Below are positions 9,741 to 18,436 of a stretch of DNA of 45,507 nucleotides, one piece after another. A model generated the notes under the pieces. That model was not told the origin of the DNA, ran no database searches, and worked only from the letters and a program-made list of their open reading frames with translations. Source of the stretch: Candidatus Shapirobacteria bacterium (GTDB lineage: Bacteria > Patescibacteriota > Microgenomatia > UBA12405); assembly GCA_028704885.1 (NCBI GenBank), contig JAQWEN010000001.1, forward strand, positions 175,172 to 220,678, in the 5' to 3' direction. Each line of letters opens with the position of its first letter. Positions within the stretch are counted from its first letter, which is position 1. The position numbers and the translations under genes are program-made.

Positions 9741-10529
9741 TCAAAATTTTCCAAGTAGTTTAATCTCAAGCTCAAATTGAAAACCGAGAATTTCTTGAGT
9801 TTTAGATTGAATTAGACTGATTAAGGCCAAATAATCTTTAGCAGTGGCGTGACCATTGTTGATAATAAAATTGCCATGTTTTGGGTTGATTTGCGCGTCG
9901 CCGATAGAATAACCTCGTAAATTTAGTTGTTGATCAATAATCATGCCGGCGGGGTCATGACCTTCTGGGTTTTTAAAAACAGAACCCAAAGAATTCATTA
10001 ATTGAACTTGAGATTTTTTTTGGATAATTTCGGAAACTTCAGCTTTGGCAGAAGTTGAGTTACCAGGGATTAATTTTAAAACAGTGGAAATAATAAAATC
10101 GTTGTATTTTTCAACTGAATCAACAAATTTGGAAAAATGATTTTTATTAACTCCGTGAATATCACCGATAATGGCACCACCAACAGTAGAAGGAATATAG
10201 GCAAATTCTTCAAGGCCGAGTAAATTGTGGTCGAGAGTGAAATTGATTAAAGAAGATAATTGAGTACCGGAAGAAACTTTTACCTTATTATCAGGTAGAA
10301 GTTCGATTTCTTCGGAGTCATTTTTGATGACCAGGCCGCGAATGCCAGAATCAGAAATTAAAACATTTGAACCATTGCCGAGGATGGTAATGGGTAAATT
10401 ATTATCTTGACCATATTTAATAGCGGCAATTAACTCCTCTGAATTTTTAGTGTGAATGAAAAAGTCAGCAGGACCACCGATTTTAACGGTGGTGTAAGGA
10501 GCAAGAAGAACGTTTTGTTGAATATCCAT
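9741..10529 (-). CDS. murB: UDP-N-acetylmuramate dehydrogenase (short form)
   Basis: LAPYTTVKIGGPAD, LGNGSNVLISDSGIRG, IPSTVGGA, SLGSVFKNP, HGNFIINNGHATAKD, FELEIK. Confidence 0.9.
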   Translation of the reverse strand: MDIQQNVLLAPYTTVKIGGPADFFIHTKNSEELIAAIKYGQDNNLPITILGNGSNVLISDSGIRGLVIKNDSEEIELLPDNKVKVSSGTQLSSLINFTLDHNLLGLEEFAYIPSTVGGAIIGDIHGVNKNHFSKFVDSVEKYNDFIISTVLKLIPGNSTSAKAEVSEIIQKKSQVQLMNSLGSVFKNPEGHDPAGMIIDQQLNLRGYSIGDAQINPKHGNFIINNGHATAKDYLALISLIQSKTQEILGFQFELEIKLLGKF

Positions 10530-10639
10530 AAGTGATTATAACCTAAACGAAAAATTGCAACTTCAAAATTCGTTTTTAGGTTTAAATAGTGGCTTATAAA
10601 ATAAATGTTTTTGAATAATAAAAAAATATGGGATGTTGA

Positions 10640-10648
10640 TGTGGATAA
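10640..10648 (-). promoter_or_regulatory. Single consensus DnaA box
   Basis: TGTGGATAA (TTATCCACA on the minus strand) in the murB-ruvC divergent spacer. One copy only, so function is unproven. Confidence 0.35.
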
Positions 10649-10705
10649 GTGGGTAAAATTGAAGATATCCTATATTTTTATTAGGCTGATTTGCTATCAT
10701 TAATT

Positions 10706-11182
10706 ATGATATTAGGAATTGATCCAGGCTTGGCTAACACCGGATGGGCGGTTTTAAGCGATGAAAAAAATTTAGTGGAGTGTGGATGTCTGAAAACTAA
10801 AATTAGCGATAGTTCAGCATTGAGGCTTGACCAAATTTATTGTGAGCTGGAAGGATTAATTAAAAAATATAAAGTCGAGGCGATGGCGATTGAAACCTTA
10901 TTTTTTGCTAAAAATGCCAAGTCAGCAATTAAAGTGGCTGAGGCAATTGGAGTGATTAAAATTTGCGGCCAAAAAAATAAAATTGAAGTAGTGGGATTTA
11001 CACCTCTTCAAGTAAAGATGGCGTTGGTGGGTTATGGTCGAGCCGAAAAAGAACAAGTGGAGATAATGGTTCGCAATTTTTTAGGTTTGGAAAAAAATAT
11101 TAGTCCAAGCCATGCATCGGACGCAGTAGCGGTGGCGCTGACTTATCTGTTTACTAATAAAAATTTGGCTGGTTTGATGTAG
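10706..11182 (+). CDS. ruvC: Crossover junction endodeoxyribonuclease RuvC
   Basis: ILGIDPGLANTGW, AIETLFFAKN, TPLQVKMALVGYGRAEKEQV, HASDAVAVA. Confidence 0.95.
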   Translation: MILGIDPGLANTGWAVLSDEKNLVECGCLKTKISDSSALRLDQIYCELEGLIKKYKVEAMAIETLFFAKNAKSAIKVAEAIGVIKICGQKNKIEVVGFTPLQVKMALVGYGRAEKEQVEIMVRNFLGLEKNISPSHASDAVAVALTYLFTNKNLAGLM

Positions 11183-11238
11183 TTTAGGGGGTATTAGATA
11201 GTCTTTGGGTTTTGTTTGGTTTAGTGTAAAATGGAGCT

Positions 11239-11811
11239 ATGATTTCGAGTCTAAAAGGAGAAATTTCAGCAATTGGTAATAATTTTGTAGAAATTGAAGT
11301 TCATGATGTCGGCTATTTAGTTTGGTGCGGATTGAATTTTTTAAAGAGAAGAAATGTGGGGGAGAAAATAAAAATTTACACTTACCAAGCAGTATCGGAA
11401 AATGATGTTGGTTTGTTTGGATTTGAAACAACCAATGAAGTTAACTTATTTAAAATGTTAATCTCGGTGTCTGGAGTTGGGCCGAAAACTGGAGCCCAAA
11501 TAATGGGTCAGGTGGATAGTGAAGAAATTATTAAAGCAATTGGAAATGCAGATGTTAAATTTTTTGAAAAGGTAAAAGGAATTGGTAAGAAAACAGCGCA
11601 AAGAATTATTATTGATTTGAAATCAAAAATTGGGGGATTGGGGGAATTGGACTTAAGTAAAGATGATGAAAAAATAGTCGAAGATGATTTGGCCCAAAGT
11701 TTAAAACAGTTGGGATTTGATCGAAAAGAAATTGAAAAAGTAGTAGCTAAACTACCAACCGAGCTAATTACCATTGAAGAAAAATTAGAATGGTGTTTGG
11801 GAAATATGTAG
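11239..11811 (+). CDS. ruvA: Holliday junction branch migration protein RuvA
   Basis: LFGF, LISVSGVGPKTG, VKGIGKKTAQRIIIDLK, LKQLGF. Confidence 0.95.
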   Translation: MISSLKGEISAIGNNFVEIEVHDVGYLVWCGLNFLKRRNVGEKIKIYTYQAVSENDVGLFGFETTNEVNLFKMLISVSGVGPKTGAQIMGQVDSEEIIKAIGNADVKFFEKVKGIGKKTAQRIIIDLKSKIGGLGELDLSKDDEKIVEDDLAQSLKQLGFDRKEIEKVVAKLPTELITIEEKLEWCLGNM

Positions 11812-11843
11812 TTAATTAAGAATTAAAAATTAATAATTTAATA

Positions 11844-12833
11844 ATGGATAAAAAAATTTTAGATCCCAAAATTGAAACAGAAGATAAAGTGGTGGAAAAA
11901 AGTTTACGTCCACAAAAACTGAATGAATTTATTGGACAGGAGAAACTAAAAGAACAATTAAAGATTTTTTTGGAAGCGGCTAAAACCCGAGGAGAAGCTT
12001 TGGATCATATTTTATTTTATGGTCCCCCAGGTCTAGGAAAAACGACTTTGGCATTTTTGATGGCCAGAGAAATGGGCAGTAATATTAAAATGACTTCTGG
12101 TCCAGCATTGACTAGAGCAGGAGATTTGGCCTCAATTTTGACGGGTCTTAAAAAGGGTGATTTTTTGTTTATTGACGAAATTCATCGATTAAATAAATTG
12201 GTCGAAGAAATGCTTTATAGTGCGATGGAAGATTTTGCTTTGGATATTGTCCTTGGTAAAGGACCATCAGCAAAAACTGTTAGGCTTAATTTGCAGAAAT
12301 TTACCTTAGTTGGGGCAACAACTAGAATTGGACTGATTTCAGGGCCAATGAGAGATCGATTTGGCTATGTTCAACAACTAGATTTTTATGATGATGAAGA
12401 TTTAAAAGAAATTATTGAAAGAACGGGAGAAGTTTTGAAAGTAAAGATAGAATCGGAAGCGGCTAAATCGATTTCGAAAAGGTCTCGAGGAACACCAAGA
12501 ATTGCTAACCGATTATTGCGACGAGTTCGCGATTATGCCCAGGTAAACCCTCTTTCGCATAAAGCTACAGATGGGCAAGCAATGATTACAGTTGAACATG
12601 TAGACAAGGCATTAAAGATGTTAGGGGTAGATGAAGATGGATTATCAGATGCTGATAGAAAATATTTGGAAATTATTGAAATACAGTATGGCGGCGGACC
12701 AGTGGGAGTGGAAAATATTGCGGCAGCATTGACTGAAGATGTGGGGACAATTACTGAAGTCTACGAACCATTTTTGATGAAAAAAGGATTAATAAAAAGA
12801 ACGCCAAAGGGCAGGGTTTTGACCAGACTTTAA
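11844..12833 (+). CDS. ruvB: Holliday junction branch migration helicase RuvB
   Basis: LRPQKLNEFIGQ, GPPGLGKTT, FIDEIHR, ATTRIG, SRGTPRIANRLLRRVRD, RTPKGR. Confidence 0.97.
   Translation: MDKKILDPKIETEDKVVEKSLRPQKLNEFIGQEKLKEQLKIFLEAAKTRGEALDHILFYGPPGLGKTTLAFLMAREMGSNIKMTSGPALTRAGDLASILTGLKKGDFLFIDEIHRLNKLVEEMLYSAMEDFALDIVLGKGPSAKTVRLNLQKFTLVGATTRIGLISGPMRDRFGYVQQLDFYDDEDLKEIIERTGEVLKVKIESEAAKSISKRSRGTPRIANRLLRRVRDYAQVNPLSHKATDGQAMITVEHVDKALKMLGVDEDGLSDADRKYLEIIEIQYGGGPVGVENIAAALTEDVGTITEVYEPFLMKKGLIKRTPKGRVLTRL
12548..12580 (+). repeat. Short palindromic insert in ruvB
   Basis: CCCTCTTTCGCATAAAGCTACAGATGGGCAAGC encodes PLSHKATDGQA in a loop that is normally shorter. Confidence 0.45.
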
Positions 12834-12835
12834 AT

Positions 12836-13093
12836 TTATTCGGTTTGGATTCCAAGTAACCAAAGCACGGCTTCTTTTCGGTAACGGCGATCACCACGGG
12901 CGTTAATGCGGATAGCTGGCAATTTGCCACGTTTACCCCATCTTTTAATGGTTAATTTGCTAACACGAAGCAAATCGGCAACTTCAGCGACGGTTAAAAG
13001 GTCGGGAAGATTGTCGATAGAGACTCCATTTATTTTTTTTGGGGCGGTTGGCTGTTTCACAAGTTTGTCTTGTGATTCGTTTTGATAGTCCAT
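12836..13093 (-). CDS. Excisionase-like helix-turn-helix (HTH_17/MerR-type) DNA-binding protein
   Basis: LLTVAEVADLLRVSKLTIKRWGKRGKLPAIRINARGDRRY. Confidence 0.8.
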   Translation of the reverse strand: MDYQNESQDKLVKQPTAPKKINGVSIDNLPDLLTVAEVADLLRVSKLTIKRWGKRGKLPAIRINARGDRRYRKEAVLWLLGIQTE

Positions 13094-13183
13094 TAGTTGG
13101 GTCCTTTTATATCGAAATAATGATTAACTATATTCAGTAAAACATATTGGATATTAGTGTGTCAATAATCAACTTTATTTTGT

Positions 13184-13272
13184 TTAAAATTTCTCGTCAC
13201 GGAATTTTTATGTAATCGGCGAATGTGCGTAGCACGTTCGATATTACAAAAAATTGTGACTTTAAAATTTTA
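13184..13272 (+). repeat. Long palindromic dispersed element, copy 1 of 3
   Basis: Core GAATGTGC-GTA-GCACGTTC at 13221-13239 inside outer stems GTCAC/GTGAC and AATTTTT/AAAAATT. Confidence 0.85.
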
Positions 13273-13290
13273 AAAATAATAAAAATAATT

Positions 13291-13344
13291 TCTCCCTTTG
13301 TTAAGGGGAGATGGTCCCGCTGCCGCGGGACCAGAGAGGATTTT
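13291..13344 (+). repeat. REP-like double hairpin
   Basis: TCTCCCTT-TGTT-AAGGGGAGA followed by perfect GGTCCCGC-TGCC-GCGGGACC, then AGAGAGGATTTT. Confidence 0.6.
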
Positions 13345-13362
13345 TTAGTGTAAAATGAACAT

Positions 13363-14352
13363 ATGGAATATAAAATTGGATTTTTTGGAGTGAAAAGTTG
13401 GGAAAGAGAAATAATTGAAAAAGAAATTATAAAATTGGATAGTTTTGGAATTGGAATTTTTGAAGATGAAGTTCAAGACAACCTAGAATTGGCTGATAAG
13501 TATGACATAATTTCTCCTTTTGTTTATTCAAAAATGGATAAGCAGGTATTGGATAAGTTGCCAAATTTAAAAATGATTGCCACCAGGTCAACTGGCTTTG
13601 ATCATATAGACATTGAAGAATGTAGAAAAAGAAAAATAGAAGTTTGTAATGTGCCGGTTTACGGGTCATCAACAGTAGCTGAATATGCAATTGCTTTAAT
13701 GTTGGCGATTACTAAAAAAATAGTTGAGGCTCATCAGTCGGTGGAGAATGGTGAGTTTAATCCGGAGGGTTTAACTGGAATTGATATCAATGGAAAAACA
13801 TTGGGTGTCATAGGTGTTGGAAACATCGGTCAAAATGTGGTGCACATCGCTAAAGCCTTGGGAATGAAAGTTTTAGGAGTGGACGCAAGATTAACTCCTG
13901 AAACGGCAAAAAAAATCGGTTGTAAAATTGTGGATTTAGAAACTTGTTTGAAGATGTCGGATATTATTACTTTACATGTGCCATCATTGCCGGAAACTTT
14001 TCATTTAATTAATAAAAAGAATATTAAACTGATGAAAAAGGGAAGTTATCTGGTAAATACTTCAAGAGGACCAGTAATTGAAACTGAGGCAATTGTGTGG
14101 GCTTTGAATAATAAAATTTTAACTGGAGCAGCTCTGGATGTAACTGAGGAAGAAAATTTATTGGAAAGTATGAGTGTGGTAATGAGTAAAAAAATTACTA
14201 AAGATGATTTACAGGAAGTGTTGAGTTTTCATATGCTGCGCGATCGGGATGATGTAATTTTTACACCTCATAATGCCTTTAATACTAAAGAAGCAATCGG
14301 CAGAATTGTGGAGACAACAGTGGAAAATATTAAGAAATTTATGGTAAAGTAA
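13363..14352 (+). CDS. D-isomer specific 2-hydroxyacid dehydrogenase (D-lactate dehydrogenase-like)
   Basis: ATRSTGFDHID, NVPVYG, GVIGVGNIG, TLHVP, NTSRG, ALDV, TPHNAFNT. Confidence 0.9.
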   Translation: MEYKIGFFGVKSWEREIIEKEIIKLDSFGIGIFEDEVQDNLELADKYDIISPFVYSKMDKQVLDKLPNLKMIATRSTGFDHIDIEECRKRKIEVCNVPVYGSSTVAEYAIALMLAITKKIVEAHQSVENGEFNPEGLTGIDINGKTLGVIGVGNIGQNVVHIAKALGMKVLGVDARLTPETAKKIGCKIVDLETCLKMSDIITLHVPSLPETFHLINKKNIKLMKKGSYLVNTSRGPVIETEAIVWALNNKILTGAALDVTEEENLLESMSVVMSKKITKDDLQEVLSFHMLRDRDDVIFTPHNAFNTKEAIGRIVETTVENIKKFMVK

Positions 14353-14357
14353 GCTTT

Positions 14358-15254
14358 ATGGAAATTGGAAGAGGAGAGTTTTTACCTAAAATAGCAGATC
14401 GACCAGCTGGAGTGGACATGAATCAATTTAAGGGTTTGAAAAATGAAGATACATTTAGTGAAAGATCAATTGCTTTTGATAAGAATAAAATTTTGGAAAA
14501 AAGAGAGGAATTCACAATAAATCACAGTGAAAATAGATTTGGTTATAAGGGTGGTGATGCTTTGGAATCGGTTTTGGATAAGTGGGCTAATTTAAGTGGC
14601 TGGTTTGGAGGAGAAAGTGTTTTGATTAAGGCTAGTGAATTTGAAGATTATTTTAATGGAGTTGATTTTTATTTGGAATTTAAGGGTCAAAATCAAGATG
14701 ATCTTAAAAAAAGAGTGATCTTGGCGATTGATGCAACTTCGGCAGTTGATAATAGTAAATTGATAGGCAAGATTGATTCAGCTGTTTATAAGGTAACAAC
14801 TCGAGGTGGAGTAGATATTAAATATTACAAATCGGCAATAGATGGATCGATGGGCTATTTAAAGGGAGCTATTCCAATAGTAATTGGAGTAGATCACAAT
14901 CATGCTGATGATTTTCAGATCCATGCTGGTGAAAATAATTTTTTCAGAAATCACCCGGATCAAGTAAGCTTTTTAGAAGAAATTAATTTGCAATTAGATT
15001 ATTATCTGACTTTGGAAATAGCAGATGAAATGAGAACTAAAATTGAAGAGGCAAAAAAAATAATGAGTCAAGTCTGGGAAGAAAAGAAAGGTTTAAAGAA
15101 AATAGTTGAAGATAAAACTGCCAGTGAATTAAATTATTATGTAGAAAACAAAACTAGGGAAAGAAAAATAATTTCGGAATCTAAAAGGGAAGAAATAAAA
15201 ACAGTGGGCAAAAAAGTGTCTTTGCCTTACGGAATTAAACCGACAAAAAAATAA
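14358..15254 (+). CDS. Hypothetical protein, possibly PD-(D/E)XK-like fold
   Basis: 298-aa ORF; EFEDYFNGVDFYLEF...LAIDAT has the spacing of a restriction-like core. Fold assignment is inference. Confidence 0.7.
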   Translation: MEIGRGEFLPKIADRPAGVDMNQFKGLKNEDTFSERSIAFDKNKILEKREEFTINHSENRFGYKGGDALESVLDKWANLSGWFGGESVLIKASEFEDYFNGVDFYLEFKGQNQDDLKKRVILAIDATSAVDNSKLIGKIDSAVYKVTTRGGVDIKYYKSAIDGSMGYLKGAIPIVIGVDHNHADDFQIHAGENNFFRNHPDQVSFLEEINLQLDYYLTLEIADEMRTKIEEAKKIMSQVWEEKKGLKKIVEDKTASELNYYVENKTRERKIISESKREEIKTVGKKVSLPYGIKPTKK

Positions 15255-15298
15255 AAAGCCCCAAACTGAGAAGATAAATCCTCTAAGAAGGGGGCTTT
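15255..15298 (-). terminator. Long-loop terminator shared by cassette B and the converging + gene
   Basis: AAAGCCCC (15255-15262)/GGGGCTTT (15291-15298), followed by a T run on the minus strand. Confidence 0.7.
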
Positions 15299-15323
15299 GA
15301 TGAATGAAAAAAAGAAAAGAGGT

Positions 15324-15677
15324 TCATTGTTGAATGAATATTCGGTAAAACCATTCAATGTTAGTCCAAGTGGCTCGATTATGCCAAATAAGAATATCAA
15401 GTTTTTTACTTAAAGTAAGGCATAAAACGCCAGTACCTTCATTCAAAACGAAATGATTTTCTTTATCAGCCATAAAAGCTTCACTTACCTCGTTCTCTTT
15501 AATAAATCGATATTGTTCTATCTTTTTGGAAAAGATAAAACTGGTTTGATTGTCGTCGGTTTTTAGATTAATAAATAAGCCGGTGAGGGAATCAGGAAGA
15601 GGTTTTTCATTTTTAATGAAGAAAATTAAAGGGCTGGGTGATTTTGGAATTGATCTAATTCCAATTACACAAGGCAC
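15324..15677 (-). CDS. Orphan hypothetical protein (cassette B)
   Basis: SD AAAGGAGG ahead of an in-frame GTG at 15677, preferred over the ATG at 15716; own promoter and terminator. Confidence 0.65.
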   Translation of the reverse strand: MPCVIGIRSIPKSPSPLIFFIKNEKPLPDSLTGLFINLKTDDNQTSFIFSKKIEQYRFIKENEVSEAFMADKENHFVLNEGTGVLCLTLSKKLDILIWHNRATWTNIEWFYRIFIQQ

Positions 15678-15739
15678 TTTAGTTTGCCTCCTTTCTTTAT
15701 ATAAGTAAAAGTACAAATACTTCGCTATTGAAGTTATTT

Positions 15740-15768
15740 ATTATACTATAGGATATAAAAAAAGTCAA
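15740..15768 (-). promoter_or_regulatory. Sigma70 promoter of cassette B with TATCCTATA in the spacer
   Basis: TTGACT-17 bp-TATAAT; box at 15747-15755. Confidence 0.85.
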
Positions 15769-15773
15769 GAAAA

Positions 15774-15814
15774 AGCCCTGATTGTTTTATTTTTGATTTA
15801 AAACAGCCAGGGCT
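15774..15814 (-). terminator. Two-tier terminator of cassette C
   Basis: AGCCCTG/CAGGGCT outer and TGTTTT/AAAACA inner stems; its T run leads directly into the -35 of cassette B. Confidence 0.75.
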
Positions 15815-15847
15815 GAGAAATGGATTGGAGGTAGCGGCGTGATTGAA

Positions 15848-16237
15848 TTATTCTTCCTCGAAGGTTGATTTTGGGTTTATCCTTCTGAGGATGAAATTTT
15901 TTTCGCCTGGGAGCAGTTGAGAAATAATAATGTTGTCAACATCGCTGTCAATTTCTTGATCTTTTTCTTTGATTCGTTTTTCTGTTAAATGAAAACATAT
16001 GGGGTTACAGATATCTTCATTCATGACGATAGTGGCGTATTGTTCATCTGTGGGAAAAAAAGTAAATTCTTGGCTTTTGACAAAGTGATATTCTTTCACT
16101 TTATTGGTGAATCTGATTTTGACTCCATTTTTAGTAAAATGAATGTCAAATATTCCAAACAGTGAGGTGTCTTTTTCAATAGCGCGTTCATAAAACACTC
16201 TATCAAATTCATCAAGGACCTGAAGAGCAATGCACAT
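15848..16237 (-). CDS. Orphan hypothetical protein (cassette C)
   Basis: 129-aa ORF with SD AGGAGG and its own promoter and terminator. Confidence 0.7.
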   Translation of the reverse strand: MCIALQVLDEFDRVFYERAIEKDTSLFGIFDIHFTKNGVKIRFTNKVKEYHFVKSQEFTFFPTDEQYATIVMNEDICNPICFHLTEKRIKEKDQEIDSDVDNIIISQLLPGEKNFILRRINPKSTFEEE

Positions 16238-16303
16238 AAAATAATTACCTCCTAATTTTTAATACCCATTATTGGGTGTTATTCGCTTTTGAATAACGTG
16301 GAT

Positions 16304-16332
16304 ATTATAACACTTATAGGATAGATTTGCAA
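16304..16332 (-). promoter_or_regulatory. Sigma70 promoter of cassette C with TATCCTATA in the spacer
   Basis: TTGCAA-17 bp-TATAAT with extended -10 TG; box at 16315-16323. Confidence 0.8.
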
Positions 16333-16354
16333 GCTAAATTGATATTTTATCGAA

Positions 16355-16822
16355 TTAATTTCGAGTGAAATCGTCTGCCAATCTAGTAATATCTTCTTCG
16401 GTGGATGGATCTAAAGGATCATGGTGAATCCAAATTTCAGCAACTACTCCGGCCTGATCTAAACCACAAAGCCGGTGAATTTCTTCGGTTTTAATAGTAA
16501 TGGTTTTTCCTGATTCAATAATTAATTCATCTTTATTGAGGACAATTTTAACCGGTCCATCGATAATATGCCATCTTTCTGAACGTTTATGATGGATTTG
16601 AAGGGAAAGTCTCTTGCCGGGCTCGACAAGGAGTATTTTGGGGCTAATAAATTGATTACCGGGATTAAAATCAGGAAAAAATAGTTTTAAAAAATTATTT
16701 AAAGAATCAGGAGAAATATGCCAAAAGGCGCCCCAGGGACGGTCAAGATCTTTGAAAGAAACCGAAAGCTGATTATCAACTAACCATTTTTCAGTTTTAT
16801 CGATCAGTTCTATTTTTGTCAT
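16355..16822 (-). CDS. Cupin protein, type II mannose-6-phosphate isomerase C-terminal-like
   Basis: RPWG, KILLVEPGKRLSLQIHHKRSERWHII, EEIHRL, DITRLADDFTR. Confidence 0.82.
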   Translation of the reverse strand: MTKIELIDKTEKWLVDNQLSVSFKDLDRPWGAFWHISPDSLNNFLKLFFPDFNPGNQFISPKILLVEPGKRLSLQIHHKRSERWHIIDGPVKIVLNKDELIIESGKTITIKTEEIHRLCGLDQAGVVAEIWIHHDPLDPSTEEDITRLADDFTRN

Positions 16823-16847
16823 TTTATTATTATATAATAATCAATAT

Positions 16848-17903
16848 ATGAAACCAGTAATAATCTGCGGGGGAATTGGCAGCAAGATGTGGCCAATGAG
16901 CCGAAGCACTATGCCAAAGCATTTTTTACCATTGGTTAATGGTAAATCTTTATTTCAATTAAATTGGGAAGCTTTGAGAAAAAGATTTAGCCCGGAAGAA
17001 ATATTTCTGCAAACTAATGAAGTTCAGGCTAAAATTGCTAAAGATTTAGTTTCAGAAATTGTCGAAGAGAATATTTTTGTGGAACCAGAAATGAGAAATC
17101 AAGGCCCGGCAACTGGATTTGCAGCAGCTCAATTGATTAAAAGAGGATTTGGAGATGAACCCTTTATTTTGGTTCAGGCAGATGTTTTAAGAGAACCGGA
17201 TGAAAAGTTCTTAGACATGATTGGGGAACAGGAAAAATTAGGTAAATCGACCGATAAATATATTACTGGGGGATTTATGCCTCAGTCAATAGTTAGGGGG
17301 GTAGATTATTTGGTTAAAGGAAATTTGGTAAGCGAAAATAATGGGGTGAAAATATTTGAAGTGGCTGATTATATTGATAGAAGCGAGGAAGAAAAAATTA
17401 AAGAATATTTGGGAACTGATAAATTGTTACTCCATGCTAATCATACTTCGATGACGTCAAATAATTTATTAAAAATGTATCAAAAATATAAACCGGAATG
17501 GTATGAACCATTAGTAGCGATTGCCAATAATGGCGAGGTAGTGAGTGAATATGCCAAAATGCCAAAGGCAGGAATCGAAGAGGTGACTAAATTGGTTTAT
17601 AAAAGCGGAGAAGCATTAGTAGTTGAATTGCCCTTTAATTGGGTTGATTTTGGGACTTGGGAATCGGTGGCTAATTATATGAAAGAAAAAGGAATGTATA
17701 AACCAGAAGATGTTTTAGAAATTGATGGTCAAGATAATTTTGTTTATAAAAAAGATAAAAAATACGTGGCTTTGATCGGAGTGGAAAATTTAGTGGTAAT
17801 AGATACTGGTGATGGACTTTTGATTACCAAAAAAGATCAAACTGGAAAAGTGGGGATGGTGGTCGATAAATTGAAAGAAGAAAACAGAGTGGAGTTGTTA
17901 TGA
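16848..17903 (+). CDS. Mannose-1-phosphate guanylyltransferase-like nucleotidyltransferase
   Basis: PVIICGGIGSKMWPMSRSTMPKHFL, EPEMRNQGPA, FNWVDFGTWESV, VALIGVENLVVIDTGDGLLI. Confidence 0.88.
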   Translation: MKPVIICGGIGSKMWPMSRSTMPKHFLPLVNGKSLFQLNWEALRKRFSPEEIFLQTNEVQAKIAKDLVSEIVEENIFVEPEMRNQGPATGFAAAQLIKRGFGDEPFILVQADVLREPDEKFLDMIGEQEKLGKSTDKYITGGFMPQSIVRGVDYLVKGNLVSENNGVKIFEVADYIDRSEEEKIKEYLGTDKLLLHANHTSMTSNNLLKMYQKYKPEWYEPLVAIANNGEVVSEYAKMPKAGIEEVTKLVYKSGEALVVELPFNWVDFGTWESVANYMKEKGMYKPEDVLEIDGQDNFVYKKDKKYVALIGVENLVVIDTGDGLLITKKDQTGKVGMVVDKLKEENRVELL

Positions 17904-18382
17904 AAAATGACGAGTTTTACATTAAAAAATGTATAGAATTGGCTGAATTGTCGGTTAAAAATGGTGAAGCACCGTTTGGAAGTTTGATTGTTAAAAACGG
18001 GAAGATAATTGTTAAAGTGACCAACGCTAATGAAAAAAAACATGATGTAACTAGTCATGCAGAAATAATGGCCATGAGAAAAGCGCAAAAAAAACTTAAG
18101 AGTAAAGATTTAAGTGATTGTGAAATTTATTCAAATTGTGAACCTTGCCCGATGTGTTCTTTTATGATGAGAGAATTACATTTCAAAAAAGTAGTTTTTG
18201 GGGTTAGATCGCCTAATATGGGTGGTCATAGTAAATGGAATGTTCTACAAGATAAAGGACTTTCTCAAATTAAACCTTATTTTAGTGATGAGCCGGAGGT
18301 GATTGGGGGAGTTTTGGAAAAAGAATGCAAAGAAACTTATACAAAAATTGGTTGGGGTGATTTTTTGGAAAAGATAAAATAA
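17900..18382 (+). CDS. Zinc-dependent nucleoside/nucleobase deaminase (TadA/guanine deaminase-like)
   Basis: GEAPFGSLIV, HAE, EPCPMC. Confidence 0.88.
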   Translation: MKNDEFYIKKCIELAELSVKNGEAPFGSLIVKNGKIIVKVTNANEKKHDVTSHAEIMAMRKAQKKLKSKDLSDCEIYSNCEPCPMCSFMMRELHFKKVVFGVRSPNMGGHSKWNVLQDKGLSQIKPYFSDEPEVIGGVLEKECKETYTKIGWGDFLEKIK

Positions 18383-18393
18383 AAAGGAACTAA

Positions 18394-18417
18394 AAAGCCC
18401 CGCAAAAGCGGGGCTTT
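18394..18417. terminator. Bidirectional intrinsic terminator after rplL
   Basis: AAAGCCCCGC-AAAA-GCGGGGCTTT. Confidence 0.9.
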
Positions 18418-18436
18418 AAGGTTTTAAAATAAAAAA

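Noticed and set aside
10530-10690. Replication origin
   Set aside because: Only one DnaA box, no dnaA/dnaN nearby, and the G-rich bias of the + strand does not visibly switch here.
12836-13093. Prophage or integrative element suggested by the excisionase-like gene
   Set aside because: No integrase, att pair or phage structural genes nearby; stand-alone HTH proteins of this type are common.
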